From contig CP060769.1 in assembly GCA_023205875.1 (NCBI GenBank), positions 434,001-498,000 on the forward strand: DNA of 64,000 bases, read 5' to 3'. The stretch is from Chloropicon primus (taxonomy: Eukaryota). The notes beneath the pieces were generated by a model. The model was not told the DNA's origin, searched no databases, and saw nothing but the letters and a program-made list of their open reading frames with translations. Of the stretch, positions 46,079 through 56,108 are shown piece after piece (position 1 is the stretch's first letter; every line of letters starts with the position of its first letter). The translations under genes and the position numbers were made by a program.

Positions 46079-49000
46079 GTGTCGTACAATTCAAAGATTG
46101 GTGTTGGGACGCATACTTTGTCGCGAGGCGAAGCGATGAGGAGCGGAGGTACAATAGCGGAAGCCATCATGCGGTTCAGGCAGTCGCCGCCCAAAGCGAG
46201 GGATGAGAGGGAGAAGGGCACGACGTTCTGGTGGCAGGACAAAGGGCGGAAGTTGGAGAGGCAGATGGAGGAGGTGGGCAGGACGGAAGGAGGAGGTGAA
46301 CAAAGTTCAAGTCCAGGCACCGCCAAGGTTGAGGTTGCCGGGGACGTGGCCGATCACCAAGAAGAAATCAGCTTGAGAGTCGTGCAGCGGCCTGACGATG
46401 CTGCGGAGAGCGGAGTGGTGTCAGGGGGCATGCTCTTGTTCGGAGAGGAAGTGTTGCGTCAAAAGGTGGAGAAGTTCGAGGAGGCATTGGAGAAGGCTTC
46501 CTCCCCTTCCTTCTCCCCAGTGGCGCCCCCCCTCTCTAGTGCTGTTGCGAGGGAGGCAGAGGAAACGGTGGCCGAAGAGAAAGAGGTGGCGGCGGGGACC
46601 CAAGAAGTCGAATCAGACTCCAGTAGGAGTCCACGCGAAGAAGCGGGGAATGACGAAGGCTGCGAAGAAGGGCCGCCCGACCCTCAATCGCGGGAGAAGG
46701 CATTGGGGGAAGAGATGCCTCGGCAGGAGCATTCTCCTTCTCCTGTCGCGGGGGAAGAGAGCGAAAAGGCCATGCAGGCGCTCGCAGCACAACACCCAAA
46801 GCTCTATCAAGCGCTTCAATCAAAAGTTGGAGTGAAACAGAACCTTTTCTCCCCTGCCGAGGAAACGGAAGAGGCGGGGGCAAGCACCCGCTCGGATCCA
46901 TTCGTCGAAGCGCTTGACGACGCGGGGGCGGCGGTCGTGGCGGACTCTCTCGAGGAAATAGAAGATGTCCTGCACGAGGAAGATATCTTGGGGGGATGCA
47001 CGAGCGAGGAGGAGGATGCAGAAAATAAGGACGGAAGAGAAGCAATCTTGGGAGAGTCGACGACCCCCGCGGTGAGGGAGCTCGAGAGCGCTCTGGAAGA
47101 TGTCCTCGAAGATGCGAGAAGCAGCGTCGAGATTGGCGAAGGAGGAAGCGATGATCCTGGCGCTGCCGCAGTCAGTGAGGAAGGGGGCGAACCCGGATCT
47201 GGAGGCGCCGTTGACCTTCCTGAATTTGGGGAGGCGACAACCTCAGCTGAAGTGGACGTCAGCGCCAGTCCAGTGGTGCAGATGGCCCAAGAAGGGGAAA
47301 CCGGCGCCAGCGTCGATTCGGGTATTGCTGAGGACGAGGCGGAAGCCCCGGTGCCAAATCCAGAGGATTTTCTCAGGGACTCTGGAGACGAGCTCATCAA
47401 GAAAGTCTTGTGCGAAATTGAAGCCCAAGTAGGCTCGGACGTTTTCACGTCTGACATTGCGGCCAACTTGGAGCTTCAGGCCATGATAAGGAGGCAGATT
47501 GAATCCGCACAACTAGAGAGCAGTGGAGCGTCGTCACCCGCAAAGAGCATTCAGGAGGCCCTGCTTGCGAGCTCACTCGGTATACGAGCTGCGCCGGAGC
47601 GTCCATCGCCTTCGCACGCGGGGCCGGAGGACACGAAGGAATCGGGTGAACCTCCTGCGATGCATCTGGAAATGGTCCATCGCTACAACCGAGCGGCAGC
47701 CTGCATACAAAAAGCTTTCCGTTCCTACCTGGTGGGAAAAAAAGACGACAGTGGTGGAGGTAGTGATAAGGGGGGCGACAACCCGAGGGTTGAGTATGAA
47801 AAGTACTTGTCTTCGTGCACGGGGACGGTGGACAAGCTTTGGGCGGAGGTTTCTGGCCTATTTTCAGCCTTCCCCGTGATTTGCACCCAACTGTACCAAG
47901 ACGCGCTCCTGATGGCGAACAAGGAGCCACACCACAGGCTGAAGGTGGAAGAGGCCGTAAGGTTCCTGGGATCGACCTTGTCCCTCGAAGAGAATGTCAA
48001 GACGTACATGAGGGCCATATTTCAGCTCGACCAGTGTGGCGACAGTTTGAGCCTGGAGCAGCTGCATTCCAAGGTGATGGGAAACCTGTGCCTCAAGGAG
48101 GACTACGTCCCCGATGCGACGTGGGAGGGACAGCTGAAGGAGGCTTACCTTGTTTTGCAGTCCGAAAACGGAAAGCACGTCTTTGAGCAGCTCGACATCG
48201 ACCAAAGCATGAAATTCAGTTTGCCGCGGATAGCTTGCTGCTTTGAGATCCTGTTTGAAGCGTCCTCGAACGAGCTGATGGAATTGTGCAAGCAAATGAT
48301 TCATTACTTGGCATCGAAGGATTTGTGGGAACTCGCGTACGAGGACGTCGTCCGGGCTTTCCAGTTGATCGGGAACATCAGCGTGGAAGATGGTGCGAGC
48401 GAGAATGCTGCGAGAGTCCCCGACGGGGGCATGAAGACTGCGGGAGACACGCTAAATCAGGTGGACGAGAAGGAAAGGCTGATCATGGTCAGCAATATGA
48501 TCGACGCAAAATTTGAGAAAAACCTTGCTGAGGTCGATGAAATGTTCGATGCCATGGGTGCCGAGTTAGATGCGAAGGCGAAAGAGGAAGGGGAAGAAGA
48601 CGCCGAATCCAACGCTGGCTCCGTGAAAGGTCTGATCGAGGCCATTGACGATCTCCCCTGTGAGGAAATCGATGCGATCAAAGAGGGCGTCATCCGAGCA
48701 GATGATGGGTCTGAGGACAGCGAAGGAGACATCGATGGTGGCGACAACGTTCTCGAGGCGATCGCAGCAGAACTCGCAAAGGAAGAGGTTTCTCCTCCTG
48801 CTGCTGCTCCTGCTGCTGCTGAGGACTCTGATGAACCGACTGAGCGGCCTGCTAACGTAAGTGACGGACAATTTGACCCTGTTGTCGAGGGGTCCCGCGA
48901 TGCTGCTGCGAGCCCCTCGCAAGTGGCGGACGGCGAAGAGCAAAAGGACTGCGTTGAAGTTGCCACAAAGGACTACATTGAAGTTGCCACAAAGGACTGC

Positions 49001-50089
49001 TCGACCCAGGCCAGCGGCACGGATGCCGAAGCGCAGAACAGGGACACAGGAAGGAAACTTGGTGGAAACGCCGTGCTGCTGAACAGGGCAATGGATCGCA
49101 TTCGGTTGGCCAAGAAACTTTCTCACCAAAAGAAAATCAGGGACAACATCTTCTCGCAGATCGGGGACTTGTGCGTAGACGATCTGATGCACAAGCTGCC
49201 AGAGAATTGCAGGCTGAAGGAGAGTCTGGAGATGCAGCACAAGCCTTCGATCGCGCACGCGCCCAAGCAGCCATCCGGGTACAGTCCAGCATCACCTGCA
49301 GTAGTGGCCCAGGAGCAGCTGCCTCGGCACAACTTGAATCCAGGAGGCATTGGCGAGACTGCTGCGGGAAACTATCCGCAGTGGCCTCCTCCCGTCCACG
49401 CGCCCTCGACTTTCGAGGCTGCGCAGGCCCAAGACAGTGCTGCGACGAGTTTCCAGGGCCTTGGTGCGGGCATCAATCACGACAAGCTGTCGAACATCAG
49501 TGGCAAGATTTGCAAGGACCTGGACAATCTCCTGCACCATTTCGAGCGCAGGGACAGGGCAGCTGCTCCGCACAATCCTTTGGTGGCGCAGCCGAGCGAA
49601 GGCCTCCTCCGCCAGGGTGAGAGCGAGGCTCCACCAGCTCTTCCTCCACAACAGGCAGGGCACCAGCAGCAATGGGGCTGGTCCGCCGCCTCGGGTGGTG
49701 CGGTCCCAAAGGGGGCGTGCAAGCAACCTTTCTTTCCCTTTCCCTTTCCTTACTACGGGGCAGGGCAGCAGTTTCACGCCGCGGCGACTTCGGGGGCCTC
49801 TTTCGTGGCCGGCGGGAGTCCGGGCACCCCACCCCCAGGCTTCCCGATGGACGTCGGAGCTTACGGCCAGGTGGTGCACCCAAACCGCAACGAGCGCGGC
49901 AGGGTGGGTGGGGGTGGTGCCGCCACGTACTCCATCGAAGACAGCTTTCAGTACATCTCGAAGCAGGGTTGGTCGAACGCGAACTTTCCCAAAAAGGTGT
50001 CAAGCATCGAGAACTTCGAGAGAGACGACCTGAAGCGAGCTTACGTCAACACTTGGCAGCAAGTCCAAGCCGTGTACCGGCAAGTGTGA
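46079..50089 (+). CDS. Large acidic protein with an IQ motif and possible degenerate EF-hand region; true start uncertain (acceptor at 46060, first ATG 46136)
   Basis: 1336-codon ORF; AAACIQKAFRSYL IQ motif; N-terminal RFRQSPPKARDER...FWW motif. Confidence 0.7.
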   Translation: MSYNSKIGVGTHTLSRGEAMRSGGTIAEAIMRFRQSPPKARDEREKGTTFWWQDKGRKLERQMEEVGRTEGGGEQSSSPGTAKVEVAGDVADHQEEISLRVVQRPDDAAESGVVSGGMLLFGEEVLRQKVEKFEEALEKASSPSFSPVAPPLSSAVAREAEETVAEEKEVAAGTQEVESDSSRSPREEAGNDEGCEEGPPDPQSREKALGEEMPRQEHSPSPVAGEESEKAMQALAAQHPKLYQALQSKVGVKQNLFSPAEETEEAGASTRSDPFVEALDDAGAAVVADSLEEIEDVLHEEDILGGCTSEEEDAENKDGREAILGESTTPAVRELESALEDVLEDARSSVEIGEGGSDDPGAAAVSEEGGEPGSGGAVDLPEFGEATTSAEVDVSASPVVQMAQEGETGASVDSGIAEDEAEAPVPNPEDFLRDSGDELIKKVLCEIEAQVGSDVFTSDIAANLELQAMIRRQIESAQLESSGASSPAKSIQEALLASSLGIRAAPERPSPSHAGPEDTKESGEPPAMHLEMVHRYNRAAACIQKAFRSYLVGKKDDSGGGSDKGGDNPRVEYEKYLSSCTGTVDKLWAEVSGLFSAFPVICTQLYQDALLMANKEPHHRLKVEEAVRFLGSTLSLEENVKTYMRAIFQLDQCGDSLSLEQLHSKVMGNLCLKEDYVPDATWEGQLKEAYLVLQSENGKHVFEQLDIDQSMKFSLPRIACCFEILFEASSNELMELCKQMIHYLASKDLWELAYEDVVRAFQLIGNISVEDGASENAARVPDGGMKTAGDTLNQVDEKERLIMVSNMIDAKFEKNLAEVDEMFDAMGAELDAKAKEEGEEDAESNAGSVKGLIEAIDDLPCEEIDAIKEGVIRADDGSEDSEGDIDGGDNVLEAIAAELAKEEVSPPAAAPAAAEDSDEPTERPANVSDGQFDPVVEGSRDAAASPSQVADGEEQKDCVEVATKDYIEVATKDCSTQASGTDAEAQNRDTGRKLGGNAVLLNRAMDRIRLAKKLSHQKKIRDNIFSQIGDLCVDDLMHKLPENCRLKESLEMQHKPSIAHAPKQPSGYSPASPAVVAQEQLPRHNLNPGGIGETAAGNYPQWPPPVHAPSTFEAAQAQDSAATSFQGLGAGINHDKLSNISGKICKDLDNLLHHFERRDRAAAPHNPLVAQPSEGLLRQGESEAPPALPPQQAGHQQQWGWSAASGGAVPKGACKQPFFPFPFPYYGAGQQFHAAATSGASFVAGGSPGTPPPGFPMDVGAYGQVVHPNRNERGRVGGGGAATYSIEDSFQYISKQGWSNANFPKKVSSIENFERDDLKRAYVNTWQQVQAVYRQV

Positions 50090-50554
50090 CCGTGTTCCTC
50101 GTCGTTGCGACAGACAATTTGATTGCTAACGCTGATGAAACCACAGCAAAGATGGTCATGCAAAGTAAAGATGATTCAACCCCTTCCCATTGTATGCTCA
50201 CTCCCCTGTTCCTTGTCTTCCGTGTCCTTGACCTCCTCCGGTCTTCCTCCTGGCCATCATAGTACTGAGTGAACCTCTCCCCTCTCTGCCGTTACATCAT
50301 TTCCTCTGGCCCCTGGCGCCGCTAAAGGGACAAGACAAGACCTGGAGGGCTCTGTCTCGGTCGCGAGGGAGGGCGAGACCGGGCGGCGGGGTAGCGAGGA
50401 GAGGCACCGGTGGAAGAGGCGTCTCCTTCTCTTTCGAAAGACCCCCGCGCGTTGAGGAATGACGTCCCGTCGAGGAAGCGAGGACTAATTCAAACCTGGG
50501 AGTCTTGTCTTTCTTTGAGCCATTCCATTCCTTTCCATTCCAACGAGGAGAGAG

Positions 50555-50593
50555 AGCGTTGGAGGAAAGCGTTGGAGGAAAGCGTTGGAGGGA
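50555..50593. repeat. 13-bp tandem repeat x3 (AGCGTTGGAGGAA)
   Basis: Directly visible upstream of the importin gene. Confidence 0.9.
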
Positions 50594-50687
50594 AGCGGCA
50601 TGCTTTGACATGTAGCCGGATCGAAAGCTTTGCTCCGTTCTTTCATTCTTTTGGTTTGTTCTGCTTGCTCTCCGAAGCGTTTTGGCC

Positions 50688-53600
50688 ATGGCTTCGTCAC
50701 CTGGCAGCAGCCATGGGGGTACGATATCAGCCGAGGGCGTGGTGGACGTCCTGACCCAGTCGATGTCTCAGGATGGTGTGGCAAGGGACAGGGCGTTACG
50801 AGCTCTGGAGCACTGGCAGAGGGACCACTGCCGTGGCATCCTCCCCGCGTTGTTGGAAATCATTCAGTCCAAGGCGCTCAAGGCTGTGGACCCCATGGGT
50901 CTGAGGCTGTACGCGGCCGTCATGGCGAAGAACCTCGTGGGTTGCGCCTGGGATCGGTCCTCCTCGAGCTCCTTCGGGAGGACTTTTGCGGAGAAGAGGG
51001 AGTGGAATGGGATAGATAACGCGGAGAAGAATGCTTTGAAGGAGGGCCTGCTCTGCATGCTTTTCGCGGAGAAGGACGCGAGGGTGAGGGAGCAGCTCGT
51101 CGTTCTGGTCGCTACGGTGGCTCGGTACGAGCTCCCGGGTGGGTGGCCGTCTCTCCTCGGGGAGCTGATGGACGCGGCGAACCACCAGGACCTGTTCTTG
51201 GAGGAGAGGAACGTCGCGCTGCGGGCGCTGAAGAAGGTTCTCGCCGGGCTCAAGGGGAAGAAGGCCTTGCTGTCTGTGACCAGTGCGGAATTGCTTCGAG
51301 ATCGAGCCAAGCTCCAGAACTTTGCGCGAACTGGGGCCTTGGAGATGCAATCGCTGCAGTCTTCCATCAAAGCCGTCGCGGTTGCCCTGCATCAGCTTTG
51401 GAAGAGGGGGTCCAGCGTGCTGGGAAGTGGGGACCAAGGTTGGGATTGCGCCGGTCTCGTCGCGAACGCCAGTCTCTCCTGCATGAGGCAGGTCATCCTC
51501 GTCCTCGAGTCCTTTGACGGCGTTTCGGACACCATGAGCACTTTCTTTGCAGAGGCGGCTCAGCAGGCCGAAGACTTGAGGAACGTGTACATCGAGCCCC
51601 CCGCTGGGACTCCGGCGAGCCAGGACGTCGATCGTTGGCGGGAGATGGCAAACAAGTCGTTCGTCGTCATCAACAAGTGCTGCATCGCTGCGGTGGATAA
51701 GCATGCGAGGGAGTTCGCACCGTTGATGATCCCGTTCATGCGAATTTACATCGAGTCCATCATGGCCCTGGATCACGGCATGCTCCAAGTCCTGAGCCAG
51801 AAGAGGCTTGTGCTGATGACGAGGTTCCTTGCCAAGGTTTTCCATAACCCTACTTACAAGAGAAGCCCGGGTCTGCTGCAGAGGCAGATGACGGACGCTG
51901 GCGACGAGGCCCACCTGAAGATCATCGAGGGAATGCAAGTGGCCCTCAGATACATCGGGGAGTTCTGGGAGAGCCCCGTCTTCTCTCAGTTTGTTGAGGC
52001 CTTGATCACTCGATTTCTGGTCCTGACGGACGAGGAGCTCCAGGAGTGGGAGTCGGACCCCGAGAACTTTTTCTTGGTGAGCAACTTGGATCTGGACATC
52101 GAGTCTGAGGTGAGGAGGTGCTGCGCGGAGGCTTTGCTTCTGTTTTTGATGGAAAGAAACACGGAAGCAACCTCGAGGGTCGTGATGACTCTGGCTTCCC
52201 AGTCGCTGAACCCGGAGGCATCCTTCGGTTGGCAGCCAAGGCTTGTGGAAGGCTGCTTGCACGCGATCGATGCGACGGCCTTGCTGATACCCACGGGCAC
52301 CTTAAATTACGACGCCTTCTTCTGCAGTGACGCGATGAGGTTCCTGGAGATGCCATCGAGCGATGTGGTGACCCGCACTCTGCAAGGGAGGGTTCTCCAC
52401 ATGCTTGTGACCATGTCTGCAGAATTATCTGCAGAGAGCTACGAGAAGGCCTTGGAGGCTGCCCTCAAGTTCCTTCAGTCCCCCGACATCGTGCTTGCCC
52501 TGAACAGCGTGACGCTCCTGCACAAGCTCTGCGTCGCGGACATCATAGGAAGGGGTCCGTACGCCAAGGTGCACTCCAGGCTGCTGAAGGCCCACGTGAC
52601 CGAAATGCTGAGCTCCTCCTTCCTCCTGGCTCACAAGCTGAACGAGGGGGAGAACTTGCAGGCGGTGTTGAGGCTCATCGCGATCGAGGTGGAAGCTCTG
52701 GTGAACCACGGCAACCTCTTTGACGCCTCTGGGGAAGCCGAAGCGGAGCGTGCTAAGACCATGGAGCTGATCCAGTTTCTGGCGGTGCAGATGCCCCAGG
52801 TGTGGCAGAGGATACTGAATCAGGGGGGAGGGGAGAGCGGGTACGGGGCGGCCTGCCAGTCCTCCCTGATCAACATCTTGCTGCTCCTCATCGAGAAAGT
52901 TGGGGAGATTTGTCTAGCGGTGAACCCACTCCGGGAGGTCGTCTTCGAGCTGATAGGATTTTGCGTGAACATTGGTGCGCCTCACTCGGAGTACCTCCTG
53001 GAGGACGGCCTCAAGCTCTGGCGCACAGTCATGCTGTACGGGAGCTGGCAGTCCATAGGTCAGCCCGTCCAGAGCTCGGTTGGAGACCTCTTTTGCATCC
53101 TGCAATCCGGCAGGGAGAACCACGAGGCCCTTTGCGTCCTCAAGTTGTACGTTGTTCTCTGCGGCCCACAAGTTCTTGCGGACCGCTCCCAGTTGCTGAA
53201 AGCGCTCATGGACCACTGCCTCAGCGCCGAGGGCACCGTGAAGGAGGTCTACACCGCGCTAGACTTCCTTTACACCCTGGCTCTAGTCGACCTGCAGCTG
53301 GCGTTCCACGTGTCCCAGCAGGGCATGGCGTACCTCCTTCAGAAGCTGAAGAACCAGGAGCTCGTTCGGGCCGTCCTGGAGCCCCTTCTGTCCCTCCTCG
53401 CGCTCTTTGCCCTCAGGAACGAGAGCCTCTTGAGCGGCCTGGCGTTCGGCATCGTGGACGAGATGACGAAAATTTTGCTGACCTACAAGGGCATCCGGAG
53501 CATCCACGAGTTCCTCAACACGACCGGCGCGAGGGGCTCCGGGTTCATGAAGAGGAAGGTCGCGTTCGTCCTCCTAGCTTTCGTGGCCAAGTACTTTCCC

Positions 53601-53918
53601 GACTTGGGGAGGAGGCACAAGAGGGACATCCTCGAGTTTGGCCTCTCCCAGGCCCAGGAGGAGGACAAGCGGCCGCTCTCTGTGGCCGCCTTTCTCAACG
53701 TGAAGGGCAGCCTCACCCAAGTCTCCGACGCGGAGGTGTGGCGGGGGAGCGAGTACTTCAACAAGGCCAAGGCCGTGTACGAGACCGACCCCATCTTCGC
53801 CTTGAGCCTCAGGGACCTCTTGCACCGCACCGCGGAGGCCCTGGTCTCCGAGGAGGACGGCGGGAACGGCGTGGACGCCTTGCTGGGCAGCCTGAACGGC
53901 TTGAACATGTCCCAGTAA
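50688..53918 (+). CDS. Importin-beta family karyopherin (importin-11/Kap120-like)
   Basis: IBN_N-like RLYAAVMAKNLV...W, ATVARYELPGGWPSLL, LTDEELQEWESDPENF, YLLEDGLKLW; HEAT-like helical content. Confidence 0.82.
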   Translation: MASSPGSSHGGTISAEGVVDVLTQSMSQDGVARDRALRALEHWQRDHCRGILPALLEIIQSKALKAVDPMGLRLYAAVMAKNLVGCAWDRSSSSSFGRTFAEKREWNGIDNAEKNALKEGLLCMLFAEKDARVREQLVVLVATVARYELPGGWPSLLGELMDAANHQDLFLEERNVALRALKKVLAGLKGKKALLSVTSAELLRDRAKLQNFARTGALEMQSLQSSIKAVAVALHQLWKRGSSVLGSGDQGWDCAGLVANASLSCMRQVILVLESFDGVSDTMSTFFAEAAQQAEDLRNVYIEPPAGTPASQDVDRWREMANKSFVVINKCCIAAVDKHAREFAPLMIPFMRIYIESIMALDHGMLQVLSQKRLVLMTRFLAKVFHNPTYKRSPGLLQRQMTDAGDEAHLKIIEGMQVALRYIGEFWESPVFSQFVEALITRFLVLTDEELQEWESDPENFFLVSNLDLDIESEVRRCCAEALLLFLMERNTEATSRVVMTLASQSLNPEASFGWQPRLVEGCLHAIDATALLIPTGTLNYDAFFCSDAMRFLEMPSSDVVTRTLQGRVLHMLVTMSAELSAESYEKALEAALKFLQSPDIVLALNSVTLLHKLCVADIIGRGPYAKVHSRLLKAHVTEMLSSSFLLAHKLNEGENLQAVLRLIAIEVEALVNHGNLFDASGEAEAERAKTMELIQFLAVQMPQVWQRILNQGGGESGYGAACQSSLINILLLLIEKVGEICLAVNPLREVVFELIGFCVNIGAPHSEYLLEDGLKLWRTVMLYGSWQSIGQPVQSSVGDLFCILQSGRENHEALCVLKLYVVLCGPQVLADRSQLLKALMDHCLSAEGTVKEVYTALDFLYTLALVDLQLAFHVSQQGMAYLLQKLKNQELVRAVLEPLLSLLALFALRNESLLSGLAFGIVDEMTKILLTYKGIRSIHEFLNTTGARGSGFMKRKVAFVLLAFVAKYFPDLGRRHKRDILEFGLSQAQEEDKRPLSVAAFLNVKGSLTQVSDAEVWRGSEYFNKAKAVYETDPIFALSLRDLLHRTAEALVSEEDGGNGVDALLGSLNGLNMSQ

Positions 53919-54387
53919 AGAGAGAAGAGAGAGAGAGAGAGAGAGAGGGACTAAAGGGGCAGGTAGGGTGGATGAGAAAGAATATTGTTGTACCAATAGT
54001 AGTAGTACATTGTCTTGTCTCTTCTCTTTGTTGGCTTGGTCAAATCGTTCCCGTTCCTCCCCCCTTCTCCACCCCCAAACTAAAGGTCTTAATTGGTTGT
54101 AAGACGTTACAAAATTCTTCCCCCTCATTCGAGCCGTTTCAAAAAAGCAAAAAAAAAGCTCATAACCGACAGAACAGAAAGCAAAAGAACCCTCGTCGCC
54201 ACGCGTGAGCGACGGACGTTACGACCGTTACGTTACGACGACCAAAACCCGACGGGCGCCGCGGCGCACGAGTCGAGTGAGATTCTTACCCGAGCAAGCG
54301 GCCGGTCGGTTCGGTTCGGTTCGTTTTTGCTTGCGAAGAGAAAGAGAGACAGAGAGAGAGAGAGAGAGGTGAAGAGGTGAAGGTGAG

Positions 54388-55731
54388 ATGTCGAGCAGCG
54401 GGAGTGCGAACCGCGAGTCGAACCAGGCGCTTCTGTTCCGCCTTTCGACGGCTCTGAAGAAGGTGGACCGCCTCAAGTCAGCGCAAGCGAACGTGCTGAA
54501 CAGGATGGAGCTGGCGAGGAAGATCACGCCGGGAAGGGTGGGCGAGAACGTCTTCTCCCCTTTGGACATCAAAGCGAAGGCGACGAGAGGGAGCAGAGGA
54601 CCCGCCGTGCGCCTCCGCTCGCCTCTGCAGGCTCGAGACTTGAACGCACCACCTCCCGTGGTTCCTCCCCCTCCGGCGCCCATCGTGTCGTCGTCCCCTG
54701 TGGACAAGCCCAAGGCCGAGGAAGCTGTGGCAGAGGAAGCTGAGGAGTACCACCCCCTGAGCTCCCTGAGGAAGCGAAGGTACCGCAAGTCGGTGTCCTT
54801 GCCCTCTGCCCTGACCCTGTCCATCCCGGACTCGCCGGTGAGGCCCGGCCTGACCTTCAAGAGGGCGTTGAAGACGCCCGTGAAGCGCAAGGGGACCGAC
54901 TTCATCTCCCCTGGCAAGGAGTTTGAGGTGGCCGAGGAGAGGGACAGGAGGCGGGACGAGGAGGCGAAGAGGGACGAGCAGGAGGAGGAGACGCTCCAGT
55001 CCCTCACCTCGTTGTTCGTCACCCCTTCTCCGCCCCCAGTGAAGGAGGACGTGGGCATCGTGCTGAGGAGCATCGCCAAGGAGGGCGAAGCGGCAGCGGC
55101 GGGGGGTGGGGAGGCGGTGGTGATCCGCAACCTGCAAAGGGCCCTGAAAAGGGAAGCAAAGTCGAAGAGCGCCGCGATCAAGGCCGTTGAGAAGATGCAC
55201 GAGAAGATCACCGAGATGCACGGGCACGTCGAGGTCGCTTTCAAGATGAAGAAAGTGGCGGAGAACAAGCTGGCCGACGTCGTGGCGGACCATCAGGCCA
55301 AGGAGCTCGAAAGCCTGAGGAAAGTCAAGGACTTGCAGCAGACCATCCAGGCCATGGAGAAGGGGCATCAGATCCAAAAGGCCCAGTCGGACAAGAAGGT
55401 GCTGAAATTGAAGAAGAAGCTCGTCGAGTCGCAGAGGGACATCTCGAGCCTGGAGACTCACTTGCACAAGTACGAGCGGCAAATCAATTCCCTCCAGGCC
55501 CAGATCGAGCTCCTCAGGAGGAGCATGTTGAAGTCGACAAACCTGCACAGGTATGCGGCATTGAGTCCGGCGAAGATGAGGGTGCTTGAAAGGATCAGCG
55601 CCAGCGCCTGCGGGACACCTTCGGACGCGAGCAGTAACCTTGGCACGTGCGGTATCGCAAGCGCCATCTCTCTGCCATCGGTGGACTACACTCCGTCCAT
55701 CCTAGATGCCCTCAACATCGAAATGTTCTAA
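54388..55731 (+). CDS. Hypothetical coiled-coil protein with SP/TP-rich N-terminal half
   Basis: 447-aa ORF with coding codon bias and a C-terminal heptad pattern. Confidence 0.7.
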   Translation: MSSSGSANRESNQALLFRLSTALKKVDRLKSAQANVLNRMELARKITPGRVGENVFSPLDIKAKATRGSRGPAVRLRSPLQARDLNAPPPVVPPPPAPIVSSSPVDKPKAEEAVAEEAEEYHPLSSLRKRRYRKSVSLPSALTLSIPDSPVRPGLTFKRALKTPVKRKGTDFISPGKEFEVAEERDRRRDEEAKRDEQEEETLQSLTSLFVTPSPPPVKEDVGIVLRSIAKEGEAAAAGGGEAVVIRNLQRALKREAKSKSAAIKAVEKMHEKITEMHGHVEVAFKMKKVAENKLADVVADHQAKELESLRKVKDLQQTIQAMEKGHQIQKAQSDKKVLKLKKKLVESQRDISSLETHLHKYERQINSLQAQIELLRRSMLKSTNLHRYAALSPAKMRVLERISASACGTPSDASSNLGTCGIASAISLPSVDYTPSILDALNIEMF

Positions 55732-55918
55732 CACCAAACGGAGCAAAAACTCTACTATTCTTTTTTGTTTGAAAATTGAAATTGTTTTCTCGCTTTGGTG
55801 TTTCTTGCGCGGCCGGGTCTCTCCTCCCCCCCCCTCACCTCACCACCGCCCTTCTCATCTCCTCCTCCATCACATCGTATGAAGTGAGGGATCTTTCGAA
55901 AGAGGAGGGAGGGAACCA

Positions 55919-55981
55919 CCCATCCATCCATCCATCCATCCACCCATCCATCCATCCACCCATCCATCCATCCATTCCATC
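55919..55981. repeat. (CCAT)n microsatellite
   Basis: Directly visible. Confidence 0.9.
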
Positions 55982-56108
55982 ACTTCTTCTCTTGCTCAGA
56001 GCAAGTTGCCTCTCCCCTCCGACGACATCCACTCCTCTGCTGCTGCTCCATCGTCACAATCAATCAGGATCGCGTCGAGTGGAGGGGCAGAGCACGACAA
56101 CGACGACG

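Noticed and set aside
44820..46139. 439-aa plus-strand ORF
   Set aside because: It runs antisense through VHA-c exon 1 and across microsatellites, and its composition is not protein-like.
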